Both the position numbers and the translations under genes were made by a program. This document shows, piece after piece, positions 13,131 through 24,790 of a stretch of 64,000 nucleotides of DNA; within the stretch, counting starts at the first letter, position 1; each line of letters begins with the position of its first letter. This stretch comes from Camelus dromedarius (Eukaryota), in NCBI RefSeq assembly GCF_036321535.1, contig NC_087437.1:68636001-68700000 (forward strand). Direction: 5' to 3'. The notes under the pieces are model-generated. The model was not told the origin of the DNA and ran no database searches. It saw nothing but the letters and a program-made list of their open reading frames with translations.

Positions 13131-14506
13131 TTTTTTTTTTTAACTAAAGTATAGTTGGTGTACAATATTATGTTAGTTGCAGATGTGTAACATAGTGATC
13201 TGACAGTCAAATACATTCTAAGACCGTCACCACAAGTCCAGTGATGGACCATGATTGACCATCTGTAACCATGCAAAATTATTAAAATATTAGTGACAAT
13301 ATTTTATGCTGTATATTACATCTCCATAGCTTACTTATTTTATAACTGGGAGTTTGTATTTCTTACTTCTCAACCCACTTCCTATTGGCAACCACCAGTT
13401 TGCTCTCTGCATCTATGAGTCTGTTTCTGCTTTGTTTTGTTTGTTTCACTTTTTAGATTCCACATATAAGTGAGATCATGTGGTATTTGTCTTTCTCTGT
13501 CTGACTTATTTCACTTAGTATAATACCGTCTAGCCCCATCCATTGTGTGACAAATGGCAAGATTTCATTCTTTTTGTGGCCAAGTGATATTCCATTCTAT
13601 ATGTATGTGTGTATGTATAACCCATATCTTTATCCATTCATATATCACTAGACATTTAGATTGCTTCCATATCTTGGCTATTGTAAATAATGCTGCAGTG
13701 AACATAGGGGTGTGTAACTTTTTTTTAAAGTGTTTTTGTTTTCTTTAGACAAATACCCAGAAGTAGGATTGCTAGATCATATGGTAGTTCTATTTTTAAT
13801 TTTTTGAGGCACTTCCATTTTGTTTTTCATAGTGGCTGCACCAATTTATATTCTCACCACAGTGCATGAGGTTTCCCTCTTCTCCAAATCCTCACTAGCA
13901 CTTGTTATTTGTTGTCTTTTTGATGGTAGCCATTCTGACAGCTGTAAGGTGATACCTTATTGTGGTTTTCATTAACATTTCCCAGATGAGTAATATTAAT
14001 ATCCTTTCATTTGTCTGTTGGCCATTTGTATGTCTTCTTGGAGAAATGTATATTCAGGTCCTCTGCCCAGTTTTTAATCTGTTTGTTTGAGTTGTGTGAT
14101 TTAATCTGATTGTTTGAGTTGTGTTAATATTCAAATCATTATATGAATGTTCCCCTTATTGAATATATCACTTGCAAATATTTTCTTCAATTCAGTAGGT
14201 TGCCTTTTTGTTTTGTTGATGAGTTTCCTTCACTGTGCAAAAGCTTTTTAGTTTGATGTAATTCCATTTATATATTTTAGCTTTTGTTGCCCCTGCCTGA
14301 GGAGCCAAATCCAAAAAAATATTGCTACAAAGTATCGACTGATGTTAAAGAGCATGCTTCTGGGAGTTTTATGGTTTCAGGTCCTACATTTAAGTCTTTA
14401 ATTCATTTTGAGTTTGTTTTTGCATAATGTGTAAGAAAATGGTCCTGTTTTCCCAACACTATTTATTGAAGAGACTGTCTTTTCCCCATTGTATATTCTT
14501 GCTTCT
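13131..14506 (-). mobile_element. L1 (3' 1.4 kb) inserted antisense inside the L1MC
   Basis: PolyT, L1 3' UTR and ORF2-end motifs (gattccacatataagtgagatcat, agtggctgcaccaattta, ttcccaacactatttattgaagagact); TSD-like ttaaatgaat / ttaaatgcat. Confidence 0.88.
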
Positions 14507-14960
14507 TTAAATGCATATTAGTAAGTGAAGGAAGGCAATCTGAAAAGGCTACATACTGTATAATTTCAACTGCATAACAGTCTGGAAAAGGCAAATCTGT
14601 GGAGACAGTAAAATGATCAGCAGTTGCCAGGGACTAAAAGGGGTGGGGAGAATGACTAGGTAGAGCAGGGAGGACTCACTAAATAGGGCAGTCAAACAAT
14701 TCTGTATGATACAGTAATGGTGGTTACATGTCAGTGTACATTTGTCAAAACCCATAGAATGGATAATCACACGAGTGAACCCTAATGTAAGCTGCACACT
14801 TTGGGTGATAATGACATGTCACTGTGGTTCATCAATTGTAACAAATGTAGCACTTTGGTGTGGGATGTTGATGTGGTTGATAACTGATGTAGGGGTAGGA
14901 AGTATATAGGAAATGTCGGTACCTTCCACTTAATGTTGCTGTGGATCTGAAATTGCTTTG
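14507..14960 (+). mobile_element. L1MC-like 3' UTR, right part
   Basis: aaatgcatattagtaagtgaagg...ctggaaaaggcaaa...catttgtcaaaacccatagaa...gagtgaaccctaatgtaa. Confidence 0.85.
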
Positions 14961-15462
14961 GGTTTATCTGTGTGTACAGCCCTTGTTTGTTTAAGAAAGC
15001 AGAGAGGGAAGTCACGTGTACTTCACGTTGTAGCAAGTGAGTCTGAAGATGTACAAGGCGGAATTTGATGGACTGAGGCAATGAAAAAAGCAGGCGGAGG
15101 GAAGAGGAGTTGGGGCTTTAAGTCTTAGAATGAAGGAAAACACTTTTTCTTCTGAGACTGAAGTGAGGAAAGAGAATTGGTAAAGCCCTCGGCTGTTTAG
15201 AAGTTGGGAAGAGGATATGGTTACAGAGATATTTTGAGAAAAAGAGGAGGAAGGCAAGGAAGTTTATACTTTGTGACTTTGATTTCTTCTCAGAAGAGCC
15301 AAGCCACAAAATGCCCCAGGCTTGAGTAAATATTTGATGAAGAGGTTTTTAAGTTTAGAGAGTTTGCTTCTCTAGTTAGCTTACTTGGGGGAAAAAAAAG
15401 TTGAATGTCTACACTGGTTCATTATATTATTGCTCTCCTTATTTCTTTTATATCTACAACAA

Positions 15463-15757
15463 AACATGTGGCTATTGAGCCCTTGGAATGGGATTTGTCC
15501 AAATTAAGATGTGCTGTAGGTGTAAAATACACACCGGATTTTGAAGGCTTGGTACAATTTTTTTTTAAAGGTAAAATATCACAATAATTTTTCTATTGAT
15601 TATGTATTGAAATGATAATGTTTTAGATACATTTACTTAAATAAAACAGATTATCAAATTAATTTCACCTGCTTCTTTTAACATTAAAAAAAGTGGTTAC
15701 TAGGAAATTGAAAATTACTTGAGTAGTTCGCATTACATTTCTGTTGGCCAGGGCTGT
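15463..15757. mobile_element. hAT-Charlie DNA transposon (MER33/MER3-like)
   Basis: acatgtggctattgagc...gtgtaaaatacacaccggattttgaag...cattacatttctgttggccagggctg. Confidence 0.75.
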
Positions 15758-15842
15758 TTCAAACCCATAATCATCTGTATTTGAGTTCATCTTAACAGTT
15801 CATTAGAAAATGTCTCTCAAATACCATATGAATGTATCTTTA

Positions 15843-16300
15843 ATTTTTTTTTGTTGAGGTATAGGTGATTTATAATGTGTTAGTTTTGGGTGTACAGTAA
15901 AGTGATTCAGTTATAGATATGTGTGTATATATATGTATATATATTCTTTTTCAGATTCTTGTCCATTATAGGTTATTACAAGATACTGAATAAAGCTCTC
16001 TGTGCTATACAGTAGGTCCTTCTTCTTTATCTGTTTTATATATTGTAGTGTGTATCTGTCAACCCCTAATTTATTACTGCCCTCTCTCCCTTTCCCCTTT
16101 GGTAACCATAAGTTTATTTTGTATGTCTGTGATTCTGTTTCTGTTCTGTAAATAAGCTCATTTGTATCATTTTTTAAAAGATTCCACATATAAGTGATAT
16201 TATATAATATTTGTCATTGTCTGACTTACTTCACTTACTATGATGATTATTTAGGTCTATCCATGTCACTGCAAATGGCATTATTTCCTTCTTTTTTATT
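15843..16300 (-). mobile_element. L1 3' end fragment
   Basis: ttgttgaggtatagg...ccctttggtaaccataag...agattccacatataagtgata...gcaaatggcattatttc. Confidence 0.85.
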
Positions 16301-18317
16301 AATATATCTTTTTGAAATCTAGTATGCAGTATTCATAGGTTACCTTGATTTGTAGCAAACTATTTTTTATGTTCTAAGAAAGGATAGACTTTCACAGCAC
16401 CACTTCCCTTAATTCTCATCAGATGATGCTAGGGTGACTTCTGAATGATGAGAAGAGATGGAGTCCCGGTCAAATCCTGGAGCAAAGTGCAGGATAGTAA
16501 TGACAGCCACCAGTTAGTGAGAACCCACAATAGGCTAGGGCTGTGGTAGAGATGTTTTACACACCCTTAAAAGCAAACAAACAAAATGAGTGTTTCCAAG
16601 CTGGAACCCTTGAACCTCTCTCAAGACCAGTATTTGTAAAGTGAAGCCTAATTATCACTAATCAAACAACTATTAATCAAAAAGGTATAAAGTATATTAG
16701 ATGCTGCTACATATGCCAGCTCACACAGCTTAAGGCTCAGAAATTCCTGTTTTACCTTTGAGGCAACTTCTCTGAGATCCATCTTCGAGGTCACACAATT
16801 GGTAAGTGCTTAGTGTGACGCAGCATCCTTCTTCCCACGATGCTGCACCATAAATGCCAATGACTCTTGTTTTGAGGACTAATGAACTGAAGGGATATAG
16901 CACCTAGAATTGCACCTTATTCTTCTCCCACCTTTTCCTCTCTCTGGAACATTACCAACCTCTCTGCTATTTTCTCTTCCTCCTTCTGAGTCTACCTTTC
17001 TGAAGGTCTGATCTTTCAGCCCTCCCTCAACTCCCTCACTGCTGCTCACTTTCTTGCCCTCAAGTCCCTCTTCCATGTCGTTCTCCGTTTCCATCTGCCT
17101 CTTTCTCTTTGAGTACTTGAACTCTGCTCTAATATGACCTTGTGTCTGGCTCTCCTTTCCACTCGTCCCCAGAGCTTCCTTAGGAGTAAGCTGAAAGTTG
17201 CCTGCAGTATTTCTCCTAAATATTTTTAAGCAAAACCAAATACCAGTTGAGAGCAAGAGAGAAACTTGAATTAAACAAAAGACTCAGCAAACATTTTTTC
17301 TGAGTTAATTTGAATTATTTAGAATGTCTTCCTGGGGAAGCGGCATTTTGTCAACATATTTAAAAATATATATTCAAGGATGGTCTAGTGTATTGGGAAC
17401 TAATATATTCTCCTTATCATGCATTTTTATAGCATTTGGTTGAACATTTCCATAGATCATGTTGCCATCCCTTCTTTCTTTCCTTTGAGAAGTAGGGGAA
17501 ATAGTGTTTTAAAAATAGTCATTGTTATATGTAATCATACTCCAGACATATCTTGGTTGTTTTGATGGGATTGTGACATTGCCTATAACAAAACCAACCA
17601 CTTTATAAATTATCTTCATTTATATTTTACAGCTCAATGAACTTGATTATTAGTGCAAAGAGTTTTATTCCTTTAAAAGCAACCGTTCCCTGGGTCTACA
17701 CTCAAAGAAGTGAGATTTTTGTAAATCCATTTTTTTTTTAAAGAAAAGTATTTTACAGCCTTTGAGCTGTGAAATACGGGGCTCTCATTAGCTGCACTGA
17801 GAATTGTTACCACTCCAGCTGTTGACTGTTTACTGTGGAAGCTGGTGCTAGTGGTAGGCAGAGAAAAATGCTCATTTAGCTAGAGCTTTGCAGGTGAAGA
17901 TTTCTTTGAGGTTGATTTGAACATTTGCCTATTATGAGAAAAAGCTATGCATTATTCAAATCATGAAAAAACTACAAGAATTCCCCCAAATTGTTCAGTG
18001 TTTTGTCAAATAAAATAAGTGCTAGTATTTAGAGGAAAATTCCATTACACTAATTAACTTAAAAAAATTCATTAGCTAACACATTTTTTTCTTTAAATGA
18101 AAGATATTAGGAAATCTCAGATTTAATTGTTTAGAGATACAGTTTAGTACATTTGTGAGTATTTCACTCATAACCAAACTAAGCTGTTGCTTCTAGTTGT
18201 AGTTATTGTATAGTCTAATTTTTTAAATCTCAGGTGGATTAAATTATCATAAAACCAGCTGTCTACATTCCACTGACCTCTGGGGACATCTTTTTTGATG
18301 GTGCATTTTCATGAGAG

Positions 18318-18455
18318 GCAGTGTGCTACATAGTTGAGAAAGCCCCAGTGCTCAGCTCTAAATAATGCAAACCAGGGTTCCAATCCTTGCTTGAGTGTTT
18401 AAAAGATAAACAGCCTTAGAAAATTACCTGACCTCTCAGTCTGTTTTCTCACTTG
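18318..18455 (+). mobile_element. MIR SINE fragment
   Basis: gcagtgtg...cagggttccaatcct...acctgacctctcagtctgttttctcac. Confidence 0.5.
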
Positions 18456-19232
18456 CCATCAGACCACAATGATCCCAGGAAATGGATTGATTGAGTCACA
18501 GTAAGCACCTGCGTCATTAAATAATAACTTAATTCATAAGTGGCACATCCAAGTAAACGCTGTGACAGGATAAAGCGTGATTTTTTTCCTTCTTTATATT
18601 TTCTAACTTTTCTATTATGAATATAGCACTTTTTAGATTAGTACAAATAAAGATTACAGTACGCTTACAAAGAGGCAACAGATGCTAAGGAAATCTTTTG
18701 AAAAGCAAGATAAAATAATCTATCAAAGAAAAAGATGATATAGTCTGTGCCTAACCACTGCCATCCTCCTTGTCTCCCAAACTGAAGCCTCTGGAAACAA
18801 ATTTTGCCATTCGCGGGCGTACTCCTAGGCTTTCCGCTTGCATGGCCAAGAAGTGCAAGAACCATGTTGTGAGATTTTCAATTTGATCGTCTCACATGAG
18901 GGTACCAGTGTTTTCAGACTGGAAACAGCATGTTACTACACTTTGGCAATAATGCATTAAATACAGATGGGTTTGTTTTTAGCCAAATATGTATCATACA
19001 GCCAACAGCTGTTTAGCTATTGCCAACGGTCTGTTTAGCACACAGAGAATCTGTGAGCTTCTTTTTTTGCTCAAGAAAGTCTAGTGGATCAATGTAAAAG
19101 CCCCACAGAGTTATCCAGCTTGCCACAAAATGGGAGACAGAAATCACTAGAAACTGACAAAAGCCTGAAATAATTTTTTCTCCCAAATTATACTATTAAT
19201 TTATTATAAGGAGTAGGATTAACATGCCTTTT

Positions 19233-19617
19233 CCCCCATTTGTTTTTCTATTGAGGTATAGTTGATTTATAATATGATAGAAGTTTTAGGTGTACGACAT
19301 AGTGATTCACAATTTTTAAAGCTTATACTCCACTTATGATTATAAAATATTGGCTCTATTCCCTGTACAGTACAGTATATCCTTATAGCTTATTTATTTT
19401 ATACATAGTAGTTTGGCACCTCTTAATCCTCTACCCCCATCATGCTCCCCAACTTCCCTCTCCCCACTGGTAACCACCAGTTGTCTGTATCAATGAGTCT
19501 GTTTCTTTTTTGCTCTATTCACTAGTTTGCTGTATTTCTTAAATTCCACTTATAAGTGATATAATACAGTATTTGTCTTTCTCTGTCTGACTTATTTCAC
19601 TAAGTATAATACCCTCC
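19233..19617 (-). mobile_element. L1 3' end with TSD
   Basis: L1 3' UTR motifs, flanked by aggattaacatgcctttt (19215-19232) and aggattagcatgcttttt (19618-19635). Confidence 0.88.
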
Positions 19618-20138
19618 AGGATTAGCATGCTTTTTAATAGCTTCAAGTTTTAATGTAATTCTAGATATTTCAATGGATAAAGAAAACCTTATAATCCTAG
19701 CAATAATGAAATCACTGATCACGTTTGGTATTTTTTCATGTTTTCTTTAAAAGCACGAGGCACTGAAGAGTGTGCATAGCCTGAGAGATAAAGTTCATCC
19801 CTGCTTCCTCCCTTAAGTTGTGGAGAATTGATGAGCACCAAGTATAGTATTTCTCATTGCCTAGAATTTATTTTCATCTCTTTTAAAATAATCTGAATAC
19901 TTAATATAAAAAGGCCACATGCATTGCCTGGAAAAGTAAGAAATACAACCAGGGTTTTATTCTATCAAGTTCATGACTGATTTAGTAGAGGACCATCACA
20001 ATATAAACAAGGAAAACACAATTTATTACTATTTTTATATATGCAAGGCTTTCTCTGCCTTCTCTCCTCATCTTTTGTAAACATTGTTTTAACACTTGAA
20101 GCAAATAAAACCATTTGTTTACATTCTGTATTTCAGGG

Positions 20139-20158
20139 ATACTGCCACCAGGTGGTTT
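20139..20158 (-). promoter_or_regulatory. Candidate CTCF site
   Basis: Minus strand CCACCTGGTGGCAGTA, close to the CTCF core CCASYAGRKGGCRS (one core mismatch); non-repeat context. Confidence 0.4.
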
Positions 20159-20354
20159 TAAGGAAACATGATTACAGTATAAACGCTATAATCTTTTTTT
20201 ACCCCTGAAACCATATATGGCTGCATCTTAACAAACATAGTTCTTTCATTGAAATGGATAAACCGAAAATATTTTAAGCAATCATCAAAAGTGAAAATCA
20301 GTTCTTAAATCAGTTTGAACTCATGAAGTAGAATTAACTCATAATATTGTGAGT

Positions 20355-20690
20355 CATTCAGATTTTTTGACTCCTGAAGCTTATAAAATTGAGGGGAGCT
20401 CTTAAGAATACAAAATTACATATTCAAAATCATTTGTGAAAGGGAATATTTATCTTGAATTAGGAATCAAATAACCACAAATTATTGAAGGCTTGGAGAT
20501 CCCTGTAGGCATGAAATCCCTATGGGCATTTTCTCCAAAAACTCATTGAGAAACACCTCCTGTTTACAACTTGGCCTTCCTTCACCTCCTCAGTCACTTG
20601 AAAACATCTCACAACTCCCAGCACTCATCAGAGTCTATGCTAGGGAGGAGCTTGGAAGCTTAAGTTTTATCAGCGTTCAGATAAATCAGC
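20355..20690. mobile_element. Possible hAT-Tip100-type DNA transposon remnant
   Basis: Both ends carry gaagctt-type motifs (cctgaagcttata...ggaagcttaagttttatcagc...taaatc) reminiscent of Tip100-type elements; family uncertain. Confidence 0.35.
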
Positions 20691-21424
20691 AAAAGATAAG
20701 ATCTGGGCATTTTGCAGCACATGTTTACCTTTATGAAATGAAAACAAGCAACTCTCTGGTTCTCAACCTCAAAATACTATCATTACTTTCTAGCTACCCC
20801 ATATGTGTTGCTATGCTTATTTATAGTAATCCCATATTTTCATGGGAATCCCTGAATCATTCCCTGGGAATCATTCCTTTGTTCCTGAGCCCTGGGCACT
20901 TCAGTGTCTCTTACTTGGCAGCCCCTCCTGGGCTCCTTCCCTTTGCTCTGTAGCCGGAAAAGATTTCTTCTTCTCTTTTCAAATCAATAACTTAATGAAA
21001 TTGCCTGGTTCTTACTTATAGAACTAACTAAATCTTCTGAAATGACATATTTGGGGTGAAAGGTATTGAGGAGGAGGGAACAAGGGTTAGAAACCCCCAG
21101 TTGGCCAGAATTTTCTGGAAAATCTAAATTCACATCTGTCTCTGATTAGTAGTATTTTTCTCCTCTTGTTGAAAATCTTAAATGAAGACAAAATATTTTT
21201 TTGATTAAACAATTTCTTCCTTAATCTTAGCAATTGTTCTCAACTCCGGTCTAGGTGAAGATATTCCTCACACTGGAGTAGACACAAAGGTTCCCAGTAG
21301 AAGGAAAGCGGGACATAAACTAGTTTTTAACCATGGGTTTTGAAGTCATCATTAGATGATTAGTTTTGTCATTAGATCCTTCCTCCTTCCTACTCTTCCC
21401 TCCTTTGGCTTTTTCCTGTCCCAG

Positions 21425-21477
21425 CCCACCCTTTGGAGAGGTCTTCTCCCAGGATCATTTAGTAGGACCCCTCGAAG
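21425..21477 (+). other. Candidate 53-nt internal exon
   Basis: About 45-nt pyrimidine tract ending CCCAG, and a perfect AAG|GTAAGT donor. Confidence 0.35.
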
Positions 21478-24249
21478 GTAAGTGTAAACCAAACAAATGA
21501 ATTTGGACTGGAAGTTGATCCTTTCAGGGTCCAGCTGTAAACAGAAAGAGCACGTGAAAAACAACCAAAGAAGACATTGCTCTTGTTGATTTCAGTCAAT
21601 CAGATTTCTAGAAGGCACAGGGAGGGGTAAAAGTGCCAAACAAAAGCCAAACAAACTCTTTTCTACTTACAACTGATACTGAGTATTTGAATTCTGTAAA
21701 AAATAGGAATTAATGAGAGAAATAATAAATTTCTGAACCTTTTTTTTTTTTTCACATAAAGGCAAGGTTAGCAAATACAATTTGCATGTAAATTAACATT
21801 TACCTGACACATGCACTTTTCACGGCTTGAATAAACTGTGACATGGAAAAGATGAAAGACACAGGACCTGTATAAAAAATATTTAAAAGGTAATTGGCAG
21901 ACACTTGCAATAAATATTTATTAAGGAAAGAAGTGTCCTTTTCTGTTTTTGTGCCACTGTGATTCCTGCTTCATCTCTGTCTTCTTCCTACTTTCTCATT
22001 AAATATGACTTCTCTTTTATGATAGGATTCAGACCACATTCTGATGGCAGAGGAGGGAGGATAAAGGAGCCTTAGGAAAGAAGTTTTTTTGTTTTTTTTT
22101 TCATAGCTGCTTTTTGAAGCTGTAGAAAAAGTCTGGGACAAAGCTGGGTGCCTTAAAAGTTTAAAAGGAGAGAAGAGCATAAATGAGAAGATGAACTAGC
22201 ATCAGATTGGCTTTGCTTCTCCTTTTAAATTATTCTCATTTTGTCTGTTTTGTTCCTGCTCCTTGAACTCTAACAATCCCTCTCTTTGAACACTGAGCAA
22301 AGACTGTTACATCAAGAGGGAAATCAGGCGCTAAGGTCCAATGGCTTCATCAACGCATTTGAGGTAAAGGAGAGCAAAGTCAAGTTGAAGAGCGCCCTTT
22401 CACCCCTTGGCTTGTTGCGAATGAGTTCTGTCCCGTTGGCCTTAGGAGTGTTTTCCAACCGTAACACATCAAGGGCCCACTGAAATACAATCCCCTCCAA
22501 AATCCTACAAGCCCTTGCAAAGTGTCTTTAAATCGTTTTTGTCTCTAGCCCATTGTATCTTCTTTCTTTTCCTCTCCTGTTCCATTAGCTGTCTTTTATG
22601 ACAACTTTCCTTGTCATGACTAACTTCTGCCATGGTTTAAAAAAAAAAGCTCTCTTATTTTTAATAATGACTTTAAATAGTTTTTTGTTTGTTTGTTTGT
22701 TTTTGATTAGAGTTATTCTAAAAATCTCTCCTCACCTTATTCATGAAGTCTCTTCCAACCATTAAAATGAGGAAGGACCCTATGGACCAGCGCCTTATCT
22801 TGCCACTTACAAGTGTCTCTCTCTCTTTCTCAACCTACATAAAATGCAGTTTGGATGAAGTAGAATTTTTATGTGTAATTAATAACTTTCCCTTCCTCTA
22901 CTCTCAATATACTCTATGCAATCAAGAACAAAGTTCTCAAAGATGCATGACTTTATTATTGCATACTTCATATAATTTTGTTTCCTAAAAGTGATTATTT
23001 CCACAAGTCTTGTTACCAGTTGTCACCATACAGTTGATTTCTTTCACCCGTTTCACTCACTTTGTATCTTTTTTAAAAAGCCATATGGTGCATTTTAAAT
23101 GAATTGAAATATTTTATGAATTAAGAATAGTCAGGTATCTCTGGAGACCATTGGAAATGCACTGAAATATAGAAATAAGGCTGTAAGCCCTTTGTCTACA
23201 TATGCAGTAGAAGACTGCTCTGCACCGATCAGAGTACAGCATCCACTTAGCGTCTGGTATTTTGAAGTGCCAATTGTGTGAAGAATCTTCTCTGTGCTAA
23301 TTTGATCCAATACTGTGGCTTCAATACTTCAAAACAGTGACTTCACTGCTTCTTGGAAGTGGTCATCTGCCATGTAAGTTATTAAATTCTACTGTTCGTG
23401 TCACAGTAGCCCACATCAAGCCTGCACGAATCCCACAGGGACTGTGTTATTCTTGTTTGGAAAGGTACCACCTACCGAGTCTCAGTGTGTTTTAATGAGG
23501 TATTTAGAAGGGACCTCTTCCTTTTCCCAGACTTAAAGTACACTCTTCTGACAAATAGAGAGAATCCACTTCAATTGCCATTGGAAAGTTTACCTTTCAT
23601 ATCTCTATAAGGATTAAAACAAACATTTCTGATTAAGTGTTAACTTACTTTAAGCATTTGCTTTGGGTATATGAGATATTCCCATTATGGTTTTTATGTG
23701 AATAGTACTTAATGTGGAAATTACTTTTTAAAAAAATTGACAGGGAGGTGGAATAACTCATTTCAACATTTCCACAGGTCTCACCTTTTGGAAAGCTTAT
23801 TACTGAATCAGGGAATGTGAATTTATATGTTCAAAACTCTAAGCTGCCAAATATATAGTGTTACACTTTAGAATACTAACAGATTTTACTTACTTTATAA
23901 AATATTGCATAATTTATAAAATGTAAATTGAAGTCCTATTGAAAATGACATCGTAAAAGATGCTATCAAGTAATTCTTAATAGATTTTCCACCAATCCAC
24001 AGTATCACTGGACACTTGAACAAAAATAAGTGCCACCAGCAGCTGAATCTTTCCACTTGCAGCAAACTTTAATTTGTTTCTTTTGTATTTCTTTTAAACC
24101 CATCGCTTGCAGTACCTTGGCTTTCTTTAGTTTGGCTGTAGATTTCCTTAACTCATATGATGTGAAAGAGGGCAAGTTAACAAGTCTTATTATTCCAAAG
24201 CCAGTCGTATTTGCCAAGTCTTTTGATTCTGTATCTTGTAATAGCTTCT

Positions 24250-24470
24250 CCATTTGTCCACTTCCATCTATCTTACTGCCACTGCCTGTTACAGGTCACC
24301 ATCATTTCTGAAGTGGGTTACTGTAATTGCACCCCAGCTAGATTCTCTGTTTCTAGTCTTTTCTCTCCATCCATTCTCCACACAGTAGACAGATAATCAT
24401 TTAAAAGCAAATTTGATCTTCTAGATATTCCTCTCAAAGTCCTTCAGAAGTTCCTCTTTGCCCTAAACTC
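24250..24470 (+). mobile_element. L2 fragment
   Basis: tccacttccatc...actgccactgcc...caccatcatttct...catccattctccacacag...aaagtccttcag. Confidence 0.65.
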
Positions 24471-24504
24471 CTTCTATCCCATATGCATTTGCAGACTTCT
24501 TAGT

Positions 24505-24790
24505 CATGTGACTGCTGCTCTTCTCATCAGGCAGTTGAGTCTATTTCTCTACCCCTTGAATCTGAGTAGAACATGTGAGATGCTTGGACCAAAAGGATGT
24601 GGTGGAATGATATAGGAGTCCTGAGCCTAGGCGTCGAGAGGCCTTGGAGCTTCTGTTTTCATCCTTTTGAAGTTCAGTCTGGAAACCACCATATGAAGAA
24701 GCCTGGCCTGTTGAAGGATGGGAGGGCCACGTGGAACAGAGACAAGCCTTCCAAGCTGAAGCTCCCAAAACCAATCAGCCAAGAGCCTGC
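24505..24790 (+). mobile_element. MLT1H-like MaLR LTR fragment
   Basis: gagtctatttctctaccccttgaatctg...ctgagcctaggc...aggccttggagcttctg...ccatatgaagaagcc. Confidence 0.7.

Noticed and set aside
14073..14126. 27-nt tandem duplication
   Set aside because: A local slippage event inside a dead L1; only two units, not an array.
24005..24253. 82-aa minus-strand ORF containing TTGFG, faintly reminiscent of RPS24 (KTTGFGMI)
   Set aside because: The similarity is limited to short patches needing several large gaps, there is no polyA or TSD, and the start lies at an L2 edge. A tBLASTn with RPS24 would settle it.
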